Shown here: positions 55,333 to 64,000 of the stretch, piece by piece
How positions within the stretch are numbered: the stretch's first letter is position 1
How the letters are laid out: every line of letters starts with the position of its first letter
Origin: Diplonema japonicum
Lineage: Eukaryota; Protista; Euglenozoa: Diplonemea
DNA: 64,000 nt
Assembly: GCA_964019335.1 (NCBI GenBank)
Contig: OZ025664.1
Span: 186,001 to 250,000, forward strand
Reading direction: 5' to 3'
The notes under the pieces: model-generated
The model's database searches: none
The model's input: the letters and a program-made list of their open reading frames with translations, nothing else
What the model was told of the DNA's origin: nothing
Translations under genes and position numbers: made by a program

Positions 55333-56916
55333 GAAGCCTGTCCTTCGAAACAAAAGGATACCTGATTGGAACATCGGTCTTGCCGTCGTGCCTCTACAGC
55401 AGCCCGTTCTCCCCTCCGAGTGATGAGGCGCTGAAGAAGCTAACAACGAGAGTGACCTGCAACCTATGGGGGCCTCACTTCCGAGGACGATCGCCTGCAG
55501 CGGTGAATACGGTTTTGCTGAAAGGACACATCAATGACCCGTTGTCCTACGTCATCTGTCACTCGCTAAAAGTGATATCGAGCGCGCTGGAAAGGACAGG
55601 TCTTGGACAGAGAGTGCGACAAATAGTGCAGAGGTACGGCTCACAGAGGACCCCCCTGGGACCGGTGGGGAATCTGATATGCAGGTGGATGCCGAGAATC
55701 GGATGGGACTGGGAGAAGATGGAAATAGCCACAGAACTTGAGTGGCCCAAGCGAGGAAGCGCCTTCAGGGCGGCTGTAAGGGCAGCCAGGAGTGCGACAC
55801 TAGCAACGGAACGGAAGACGGTCAGCGGACTCGGGGAAGGAGCAGATCCCAAAACGAATGACCTCTGGAGGACAGCTAAAGATCGCCATCTAGCTTTCTG
55901 TATCAAGAGGGTAATTGCGGGAGGGATCCCCTACCTAAGTCCGTATGCCAGAGCAGGACCAAAGTGTGTACCCCCCACGAAGGAGGACGACGAGTCCGAG
56001 GGACGGAGCGAAGAAGAGGAAGATCAAGACGAGCCAGCGGCGCATGAAGGACAAGACGAGTCGGGATTTGAATGTGACCTCTGCCCGACCAAGCATGCGG
56101 ACACAGTAACACTGCTACGCCACCAGCTGTACGAGTGCCCGCCAGCACGAGAGGAGCTGATACGGGAGGAGATGGAACCACTGCGCGACAGGACGGGATG
56201 GCCGCTCTGCCTCGAGCTGCATGCCATCCTACCAAGGGGGAACGGGTTCGAACACCTGGAGAAGCTGCAGCGATACCTGGCAATGGTGGTGGAAAAGCGG
56301 GACGAAGGGCTGATGCAGGCAGAAGGCGGCAACAAGAAGCTACCATGGGAGCGGGAAGTGACAGGCAAAGTGACCCCGGTACCGACGACAGCACAGCTGG
56401 GGACAGTGGTGGGACTGCTGGAGCAATTCGGGGAACCACTACTGGAATGGATGGGAAAGCTGCGATGGGTGGAGGGCGACACCGACTCGGAGGTTTCGGC
56501 AGCTGAACTTGCACTCGACTTTGAGGAGACAACCGGAAAGTCACTGGGAGTCTACAACATGCAGAGGAAGGCACGCAGAATCAAGCTGTTGGTGGAGAGA
56601 GCCAACGCAGTGTGCAGAACGAGACGGATAAGACGCCCCTTCCCTGCGGACGGGGCAAAGAGGGTCAAGTCGCTCACAGCGATCGGAGGCAAGGCTGCAA
56701 TAGGCTTTAACAGGAGACCGATCTTCGCATCAAGACAGACAGCGCAAAAGCTACAGGAGTTGAAAGGGACATACAAGAAAGAACGCGTGTCGAGACTACG
56801 AAAAGCTTTAAAGGCGACAATAGGAACGAAGGCTATGCTCCAGAAGGGGAGCATTAATAGATAGGAACTCACACCACAAGAGGCTGTCCTCGAGTGGGAT
56901 TGTCTTTTACTATGAG
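55333..56916 (+). mobile_element. 5'-truncated non-LTR retrotransposon inserted in the T-run of the snoRNA repeat
   Basis: ORF opens at the junction in the post-RT region (SLSFETKGYLIGTSVLPSCLY); CDLC...H...C finger; stop at 56864; short 3' stem-loop. The empty site is visible in the sister repeat at 57435-57475. Confidence 0.85.
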
Positions 56917-56953
56917 TTTTTTTTGTCTACATCCCTGTATTTCCACCTTTTGA

Positions 56954-57057
56954 TTCTCTGATTAAAACACTTTACTTGACATTACTACCTGTCTTAGGTG
57001 AGGGGAGGCGAAGCCCCCCTTCTCCCTGTGCTGATCACTTACCCGCGCTTATGAGAA
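56954..57057 (+). ncRNA. Box C/D-like snoRNA family B, copy 1 (variant boxes TGATTA / ATGA)
   Basis: TTACCCGCGCTT just before ATGA is complementary to LSU AAGCGCGGGUAA; three copies with covarying stems. Confidence 0.75.
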
Positions 57058-57080
57058 GCAGCCTTGCGGGCAGGAACCGC

Positions 57081-57190
57081 TCTGAAGTGATGACATTGAA
57101 TACACCGCAACGGTCTGAGTCCTGTCACGAGGATTAGAAACGTATTGACGTCTGGGAGGCCTCTTTTGGTCTCTTGGGCAGCTGATCGGA
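57081..57190 (+). ncRNA. Box C/D snoRNA family C, copy 1
   Basis: TCTGA/TCGGA terminal stem, GTGATGA, internal CTGA and terminal CTGA; three internal hairpins. Confidence 0.75.
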
Positions 57191-57211
57191 GTCATATTTT
57201 TGTTTGTTTTT

Positions 57212-57317
57212 GCCACTGATTAAAACACTTTACTTGACATTACTACCTGTCTTAGGTGAAGGGGGTCAACAAGGCCTCCTTCTCCCAATGCCGATCACTT
57301 ACCCGCGCTTATGAGGC
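57212..57317 (+). ncRNA. snoRNA family B, copy 2 (divergent)
   Basis: Same boxes and guides; terminal stem GCC/GGC and internal hairpin replaced by compensatory sequences. Confidence 0.75.
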
Positions 57318-57338
57318 ACTCTCTATGTCGGGGGGCAA

Positions 57339-57441
57339 GGTGTCCAGTGATGAGAAATTCCGTTTAATAGTCTTCTTTCCAATGAAAATCATTTTGGTGA
57401 TTCCAACAACAGATAGCTGACAGTTTCATTCTGAAAACACC
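57339..57441 (+). ncRNA. snoRNA family A, copy 2
   Basis: Boxes and guides conserved; the D'-C' spacer differs. Confidence 0.85.
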
Positions 57442-57490
57442 TTTTTTTTTTTTTTTTTTTTGTCTACATCCCTGTATTTCCACCTTTTGT

Positions 57491-57594
57491 CTCTCTGATT
57501 AAAACACTTTACTTGACATTACTACCTGTCTTAGGTGAGGGGAGGCGAAGCCCCCCTTCTCCCTGTGCTGATCACTTACCCGCGCTTATGAGAA
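57491..57594 (+). ncRNA. snoRNA family B, copy 3
   Basis: Near-identical to copy 1. Confidence 0.75.
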
Positions 57595-57617
57595 GCAGCC
57601 TTGCGGGCAGGAACCGC

Positions 57618-57727
57618 TCTGAAGTGATGACATTGAATACACCGCAACGGTCTGAGTCCTGTCACGAGGATTAGAAACGTATTGACGTCTGGGAGGCCTC
57701 TTTTGGTCTCTTGGGCAGCTGATCGGA
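57618..57727 (+). ncRNA. snoRNA family C, copy 2
   Basis: Identical to 57081-57190 by eye. Confidence 0.75.
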
Positions 57728-57782
57728 TTTTAACACAATTTTTGTTTTGTTTTTTGCGTTTTGAGTACACAACTCCCAGTAG

Positions 57783-58538
57783 ATGTCGTGGGAAGACGAT
57801 GTCCGTGCGGAGAGGGGGGAGATGGACAGGCAATGGAGGGTTTTGAAAGAAGAAGCTGCGAAGGTAGGCAGGAGATGGGAAGATGTGAAGCGGGGCGAGG
57901 ACAGGTTGTTGGAAGACCGCGAGAGGTTTGAAAAGCAAAAAGAGGAAGTGCTGCTGAGACTGAACAAAGAACGAGAAACCCTGGCAGCAGAGGCCGACCG
58001 CCTTCAAAAGAGGGAAACCGACCTACAACTGAAAGACTTCGCAAACGTGAGAACTACGGAGCGACACAAAATCATCGACTTGGATTTGCAGAAACAAGAA
58101 GAGCGTCTGAGTGAAAGAGAGGTTTTACTGAACAATCTGATAAGAGAGGTGGTGGACAGGTCTGCTAAGCAAGTTGTCGACATGGAAAGGCTGAAGAAAG
58201 ACCTCATAGAGACCACTGTTCTACACCAGCAGGACATGGGTCTGAAGCAGCTTCGGACCCTCATTGAAAAGATGGAAGAACAGCAAGTGAAGCTAGACGC
58301 AAAGGAAGCACGTGTCGCTGCACAACTACAATGCAGCTTGCCGTCTGTAACTGCAAGCCTTCCTTTAATGCCTTCAAGCACGCGCCCCACTCGTCCGACG
58401 CCACTCAGTGAGTCCTCCTTCACAGGCGTCGATCATGGCGATTCCGAGATTTCAAACCTTTCCCCTGAAGCGCAGCATAGATTCGCAAGAGAGCTTCAGG
58501 CCAGCCAGCTCCGGATATCCCAACTGACGATGGAATAG
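57783..58538 (+). CDS. Coiled-coil protein
   Basis: E/R/K-rich heptads. Confidence 0.75.
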   Translation: MSWEDDVRAERGEMDRQWRVLKEEAAKVGRRWEDVKRGEDRLLEDRERFEKQKEEVLLRLNKERETLAAEADRLQKRETDLQLKDFANVRTTERHKIIDLDLQKQEERLSEREVLLNNLIREVVDRSAKQVVDMERLKKDLIETTVLHQQDMGLKQLRTLIEKMEEQQVKLDAKEARVAAQLQCSLPSVTASLPLMPSSTRPTRPTPLSESSFTGVDHGDSEISNLSPEAQHRFARELQASQLRISQLTME

Positions 58539-58636
58539 AGTTACATATTGACATTTTCCGGAAAAAAAAAAATAAAAAAAAGACTTCCTTGGAATAAAGA
58601 TAATTTACCAAGGATATCTTTGAAGAAAAAAAAAAA

Positions 58637-59025
58637 ATGGCCGAGCAGAATGCCGAGATGCCCCAGCAGCAGATGACTGCTGAGCAGCAGCAGAAACAGC
58701 AAGAGCAGGCGCAGGCTCAGGAAGAGCAGAGGGATGCGACGCTTCGTGCCATCCTCGACTCCGAGGCACGTGAACGATTGAAGAGGATTGCTGTTGTGAA
58801 GCCGGAGAAGTCCAGGGCCATTGAAAACTACGTCATCCAGTCTGTGAAACAAGGGAGAATGCAGCCCCCCATCAGTGATAGCAAACTGAAGTCCCTTTTG
58901 GAAGCCATGCAAGATCAGGTAAGAAAAAAAACAAAACAAAAAACATTTTAAAACAGTCCGGAGCCGGTTCGAACGGCCCCAAAATCACCTTCGCGCGCAA
59001 GGTCCGTGATGACGACGACTGGTGA
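58637..59025 (+). CDS. PDCD5: Programmed cell death protein 5 (PDCD5/Sdd2), intron 58919-58956
   Basis: LRAILDSEARERLKRIAVVKPEKSRAIENYVIQ; spliced tail KITFARKVRDDDDW*. Confidence 0.93.
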
Positions 59026-59303
59026 GGTCACCACCCCCCTTCCCTCCTCCCACTGTCGGGGTAGACTAGAGTTTCATTCATTTTTTTTGATTTTTATTTG
59101 GGTTCCCCCCCCCCCCCCCCCCCCCCCACTGCAGAGGGGAGGGAGGGAAGGAAGAGGGGAAAAAAAATACTGCAGTGCACTCGCCTAAATATTTACATTG
59201 ACTTGCCTTTTTCACCCCCCCCCATCTTTTTTTTTCTAGTTTTCTTAATTTTTTATTATCCCCTGTTCCCCCTCTTCATAACCTAAAAAGTTTCCAAACA
59301 CAC

Positions 59304-59334
<31 letters not shown>

Positions 59335-59344
59335 TCTCACTACA

Positions 59345-61129
59345 ATGTTGAGGCGTGTTTCTCGTGTTGCGGCTATGAGGCAGGCGAAGGCCGCGGTGCA
59401 GCAGTTCAGGGGCATGCAGAGCCTGTCGGAGATCCGTGAGAACGCGCCGATCATGTTCTGCTTCCAGTGCGAACAGACATCTGCGGGCCATGGGTGCGAC
59501 AAGATCGGAATGTGCGGGAAGAGGCCCCGTGTGGCTGTGCTCCAGGACCTCGCTGTCCACGTCACGAAGGGTATTTCCCAGTACGCACACGCAGCCCGCC
59601 AACTGGACCCCACCGCCAGCGACCCTGAGGTTGACAGGTTCGTCCTGGAGGTCCTCTTCGCCACCATGACCAACGTCAACAACGACAGGAACAGATTCGT
59701 TGACTACGTGTCGCAGGGTGCCAACATCAAGGCAAAGGCCGAGGCCCTCTACAGGAAGGCCGGCGGCAAAGAAACCTTCTCCGGCCCCGCTGCCTGGACC
59801 ACTTCTTCCTTCGAAGAAGAGGTGCTTTCTGAGATGGCCGAAAACGTCGGTGTCCTTCACCGTGCCCTCGACTACGATGAGGACACCTTCTCCCTCATCG
59901 AGCTCATCACCTACGGCGTCAAGGGCATGGCCGCCTACGCCCACCACGCCATGGTGCAGGGCAAGGAGTCCGACGACATCTACGCGCAGACCCACATGCT
60001 GCTCTCTTCCATCTGCAACCCCAACGCCTCTGTTGAGAGCCTTCTCCCCCTCGCCTTGAAGTGTGGTGAGGTTAACATTCAGGTCATGGCCCTCCTTGAG
60101 CAGGCACACATCGAGGCCTACGGCGTCCCCACTCCCAAGGAGGTCAACACCAAGCCCGTCCCTGGGAAGTGCATCCTTGTGTCCGGTCACGACATCCAAG
60201 ACCTCGCCAACATCCTGAAGCAGACTGAGGGCACAGGCATCAACGTCTACTCTCACGGCGAGCTGCTGCCGGGGCACGGGTACCCCGAGCTCCAGAAGTT
60301 CCCCCACTTCGCGGGGCACTACGGCGGCGCGTGGCAGAAGCAGAGGATCGACTTCAACGACTTCCCTGGTGCCATCCTGATGACGACGAACTGCATGATC
60401 GAGCCCAAGTCCACATACAAGAAGAGGATCTTCACCAGGGCGACTGTCGGGTGGCCGGGCATCCCGCACATTGAGGGGAACGACTTCAGCGAGGTGGTGA
60501 AGTGCGCGCAGGCATGCGATGGGTTCAAGGAGGGCGCCCCTGCGAAGACGAAGAACATGACGACGGGGTTCGGTGCGGACGCGATCCTGTCGCACGCGGA
60601 GACGGTGGTGGGGGCGGTGAAGAGCGGGGACATCAAGCACTTCTACGTAATCGGTGGATGCGACGGGAGAGAGAGCGCGAGGTCGTACTTCACGGACCTG
60701 GCGAAGGCAGTCCCGAAGGACGCAGTGATCCTGACGCTGGGGTGCGGGAAGTTCAGGTTCAACACTGAGGAGTTCGGAGACATCGGCGGTGTGCCGCGTC
60801 TCTTGGACGTGGGGCAGTGCAATGACGCATACGGTGCAGTGAGGGTGGCCCTTGCACTGAAGGACGCCTTGGGCCTTGAGTCAGTCAATGACCTTCCCTT
60901 GAGCTTCGGTGTTTCTTGGTTCGAACAGAAGGCTGTTGCCGTCCTCCTCTCCCTCCTCCACCTTGACGTTAAAAACATCCACCTTGGCCCCAAGCTCCCC
61001 GCCTTCCTCACCCCGAACATTGCCAGCTTTTTGGTGAACAACTATGGTATCTCCCCTGTCGGCAACGGTGCTGAGGACGCCGCCAAGATGGCTAACATGC
61101 CCAACAACCACCTCGTCTCTTCTGCTTAG
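59345..61129 (+). CDS. hcp: Hybrid-cluster protein (hydroxylamine/NO reductase) with a mitochondrial-type presequence
   Basis: MFCFQCEQT..GCDKIGMCGK, YGVKGMAAYAHHA, SGHD, YSHGELLPGH, TTNC, GGCDG, LGCGKFRFN, DVGQCND, SWFEQKA; 36-aa Arg/Ala-rich leader. Confidence 0.97.
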   Translation: MLRRVSRVAAMRQAKAAVQQFRGMQSLSEIRENAPIMFCFQCEQTSAGHGCDKIGMCGKRPRVAVLQDLAVHVTKGISQYAHAARQLDPTASDPEVDRFVLEVLFATMTNVNNDRNRFVDYVSQGANIKAKAEALYRKAGGKETFSGPAAWTTSSFEEEVLSEMAENVGVLHRALDYDEDTFSLIELITYGVKGMAAYAHHAMVQGKESDDIYAQTHMLLSSICNPNASVESLLPLALKCGEVNIQVMALLEQAHIEAYGVPTPKEVNTKPVPGKCILVSGHDIQDLANILKQTEGTGINVYSHGELLPGHGYPELQKFPHFAGHYGGAWQKQRIDFNDFPGAILMTTNCMIEPKSTYKKRIFTRATVGWPGIPHIEGNDFSEVVKCAQACDGFKEGAPAKTKNMTTGFGADAILSHAETVVGAVKSGDIKHFYVIGGCDGRESARSYFTDLAKAVPKDAVILTLGCGKFRFNTEEFGDIGGVPRLLDVGQCNDAYGAVRVALALKDALGLESVNDLPLSFGVSWFEQKAVAVLLSLLHLDVKNIHLGPKLPAFLTPNIASFLVNNYGISPVGNGAEDAAKMANMPNNHLVSSA

Positions 61130-61964
61130 GTTACATTTGTATTCTTTTTTTAAAAGAAGCAGGAGGCTTTAAGGAGGGGAAGGGAAGTGGAGTGCCAGAA
61201 GGCGCGCATTTTTCCTCATCCTCTTTTAGTTGTCCTCCTGTTTTGATTATTCCTTCTATTTCTTTTTTTTTTTTTCCCCTCTGAGTAATGGGTAGTTATT
61301 ATTGTTTTTTTGTCTAATTATTATTATTTTTATTTTTTTTTTTTTGGGAACAAAATTTTTCTTTCCTTTTTTTTTTTTTTTTTTTTTTAGAATGTATCGC
61401 ATAAAAAGTTAGGCTGAAGCCCACTTTTTTTGATCAGAAAAAAAAAAAAAAAAATGCGGAAAAAAAAGAGGAAAGAAAAAAGAGAATGCAAAAAAAAAAA
61501 AAAAAAATAATAAAATAAATAAAAGTAAAAAAAAAGAATGAGTACGGGGAAGAAACGACAAAAAAAAAACAAAAAAATAGGGATATTTTCAGTTTGAATT
61601 CTCATATTCTGTTAATCCCTATTGTGCAAAGATTGAGAAGAACAATTATTTATTTATTAATTTATTTATTGGAGCTTTTTTTTCCCTCTTTTTTTTCCTG
61701 ACAGTCGTTTGACAACCTGCCACATACTGCAGGTCCCAAAGACACGTTTATATTTTCTTTTTCTCCAAAATTTTATATCCCTCTCTAGTTTCCTTTTTCT
61801 CTTTTTCTTTTTTAAAAATCCTTTTTTTAGAAAAAAAAATCTTTTTTTTTCTTTATTCCAATGCTTTTTTTTTTTTTTTTTTTTATAGTTAAGCTGTTCT
61901 GTTTTAACACAACAAAAACACAAACAGCATTTCCTTTTTTTTTCTCCCCTCCTTTACAAAAAAA

Positions 61965-64000
61965 ATGGCGAATCTTGAAGCTGCCAAGAAAACAATGAAC
62001 AAAGCAGGAAAGGCGGGAGCGACCCAGGAGGAAGAAAAAAACCTGAATGAATGGCTAGGAAAGGTAGACGAAATGCAGACGGCAGTAAAGTACCTTCTAT
62101 CAGACGATTACACTGACACCGCCGAAGAGCAGGAGGAAAAATCAAAACCAACAGAAAAGGAAGAACCCACTGACGACTACAAGAAGAAAAGGTACACCAG
62201 CGACTACACCAGATTTGAAAACGAAGACTTTGTCAAGGAGATGGAACCACGGAAAAAGGAAGCCTCCCCTGTAGTAGCCACAACCCGACCTTCCACAGAC
62301 GACCCAAAAAAACTGACAGAATACCTTTGCAAAAAGGAATCTCTGACCTATAAGGAAAAGGGAAACGCCGCTTTCAAATCAGGAAACTACACCGAAGCAG
62401 AACACCTCTATTCATCAGGCATCACCCTTGACAGTACCAACCACACCACGCGGAACAACAGAGCTCAAGCAAGACTCAAACTTAGAGACTGGAAAGGCAC
62501 GCTTGACGACTGCACCGTTGTCCTCGCCCACGACCCTTTGAACATCAAGGCCATCAAACGTCGGGCCGTTGCCTTGATGGGTCTGCGTCAGTCAGGTAAA
62601 GCGTTGGATGACATTGCACAGGCCATCAAATACGAGGGAAGTACCAAAGAGCTTCGGCTCCTCCGTGCCACTGCAACCTCGGAAGCTGCTGAGGAGGCCA
62701 AAGTCATCGGTGCCGACCCCACTGTTTTAAACGAAGTGACGGCGTTCCTCACCACCACCACATCGCTTATGGACAGGCTTCGTGTACATGGCCCTGCAAA
62801 GCCCGTCGAAGAGGACGACGACACACTCTTCAAGCTGTGCACTGCCCTGCGGGACATGCGCGGTAAAATTCAAACTTGTGATGCGGCGAAGATCCACTTC
62901 CGGTGGGAGGGCGGGATTACTGCTATCATTTCGTTCATCAAAGACTTCAAGACAGGTCTGTCAAAGGCCCCTGCGGACGACGGCCCTTCTGAGTGGGACG
63001 TGCTGCCCATTCTGCTGTACGACACGCTCCACGACGTCTTCACAGTCGAGTACAACATGGCGCACAGTGTCGCGGAGGGCCCCCTCTGCTCCGTTCTTGT
63101 CCCGCAGTTAGTCGCGACCTGCGACGGGAGCAAGCTAGCCTCCGTGGCGTCGCTGCGTTTGTTGGTGCGCATCACGGAAGAGCCTGACGTGAGGAGCGAG
63201 ATGCGTAAACACCTGTCGCCGCAGGAGCTCATGAACCTGCCGCATCACGTGAAGGAGGGCGACGACGGTGTTCTGTCGCTGCTGCTGCAGCTTGTTGACA
63301 ACTTGCTGAAGTCAGAGGTGTGGTGTGATGACCTTTCATCACAGCCTCTGCCTGCTTACATCCTGCCGTTGATGCACCACAAGCGGAGCAGGGCCATCAG
63401 AGATGCGGCAGGCGCTGCAGTCATGCGACTCACGACGGACGCCAAGTTCCGGAAGTACCTGACGGAGACCAACCTGAGCCTGCCTTTGAAGTCATCGTCG
63501 TGGGGTGCGTTGACCACCAAGTCGCAGTCCGTTCTGCACTACCTCACGGAGTATCTGAAGGAAGAGGCTGCCACTCTGCAGTCACCGTTCGCCGTCGAGG
63601 CGATCTTGGCATCGCTGTGCAACTGCATGGTCGAAAACGACAAGGGGATCCTGGCTGTGCTGGCAGAGCCGGAGAACATAGCACCGTGCTTGGCGCTGCT
63701 GAAGTCAGACGTTGCTGGGCATGCGAACATCAGGGCGAGGGCACTGGCGTACATCGCGAAGTCCATCAGCGTGAAGAAGGTACATGGGTACTTGAAGGGA
63801 GAGGGCGGTGTGGAGCTGCTACTGAAATACATAAAATTACCCAAAGAGGAGCAAGATAGGGAGTACACGAGACTATGCCAGGAGAACAGTGTTTCAGCAC
63901 TGGGGGCGATGCTGGTGGCAGAAGACGGTGACATGGATGGAGAGGTGGACGAGTTCACAGAGCTGATCCTGAGCACTGAGCCTGTCGTGGAGTCTCTAAA
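61965..64000 (+). CDS. TPR plus ARM-repeat protein, TTC12-like (runs off the window end)
   Basis: ATG at 61965; WLGKVDEMQTAVKYL; three TPRs (YKEKGNAAFKSGNYTEAEHLYSSGI, NNRAQARLKL, NIKAIKRRAVALMGL); then helical ARM-like repeats. Confidence 0.8.
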   Translation, partial: MANLEAAKKTMNKAGKAGATQEEEKNLNEWLGKVDEMQTAVKYLLSDDYTDTAEEQEEKSKPTEKEEPTDDYKKKRYTSDYTRFENEDFVKEMEPRKKEASPVVATTRPSTDDPKKLTEYLCKKESLTYKEKGNAAFKSGNYTEAEHLYSSGITLDSTNHTTRNNRAQARLKLRDWKGTLDDCTVVLAHDPLNIKAIKRRAVALMGLRQSGKALDDIAQAIKYEGSTKELRLLRATATSEAAEEAKVIGADPTVLNEVTAFLTTTTSLMDRLRVHGPAKPVEEDDDTLFKLCTALRDMRGKIQTCDAAKIHFRWEGGITAIISFIKDFKTGLSKAPADDGPSEWDVLPILLYDTLHDVFTVEYNMAHSVAEGPLCSVLVPQLVATCDGSKLASVASLRLLVRITEEPDVRSEMRKHLSPQELMNLPHHVKEGDDGVLSLLLQLVDNLLKSEVWCDDLSSQPLPAYILPLMHHKRSRAIRDAAGAAVMRLTTDAKFRKYLTETNLSLPLKSSSWGALTTKSQSVLHYLTEYLKEEAATLQSPFAVEAILASLCNCMVENDKGILAVLAEPENIAPCLALLKSDVAGHANIRARALAYIAKSISVKKVHGYLKGEGGVELLLKYIKLPKEEQDREYTRLCQENSVSALGAMLVAEDGDMDGEVDEFTELILSTEPVVESL

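Noticed and set aside
59276-60640. 454-aa minus-strand ORF, and similar antisense ORFs over OST48, the LINE and the DAO gene
   Set aside because: Shadows of GC3-biased + strand genes; no recognisable motifs.

Overview
Eukaryotic, gene-dense 64 kb window. All of the roughly 35 protein genes, 3 tRNA genes and the snoRNA cluster that I can call lie on the + strand, separated by long poly-T/poly-A spacers. This fits a trans-splicing, polycistronically transcribed euglenozoan. OST48 and many short GT-AG cis-introns point to a diplonemid-like organism rather than a trypanosomatid (inference). Recognisable genes: OST48/WBP1, TTD14-like ATPase, calcineurin-B-like EF-hand protein, class IV sirtuin, LicD-like protein, VPS29, PKD2-like channel, 2OG-Fe(II) oxygenase, twin-Cx9C-like protein, CHMP5/VPS60, SARAF-like protein, XRRA1-like LRR protein, DAO-family oxidoreductase, mitoribosomal mS23, PDCD5, hybrid-cluster protein (Hcp) with a mitochondrial-type presequence, TTC12. 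Mobile DNA: an intact Ingi/I-type LINE with a 2A-like motif, a 5'-truncated LINE inside a C/D snoRNA tandem cluster, a decayed piggyBac with a TTAT target duplication, two MULE-like elements, a MITE, and three copies of an unclassified long-hairpin plus asymmetric-inverted-repeat element. Most notable: (1) tRNA genes sit in sense orientation inside spliceosomal introns (two well supported, a third possible); (2) both tRNAs in coding-region introns encode C33 instead of the near-universal U33; (3) the hairpin element family conserves structure while its sequence changes; (4) there is an unassigned structured-RNA candidate at 9325-9753. All calls were made by eye with no database searches.
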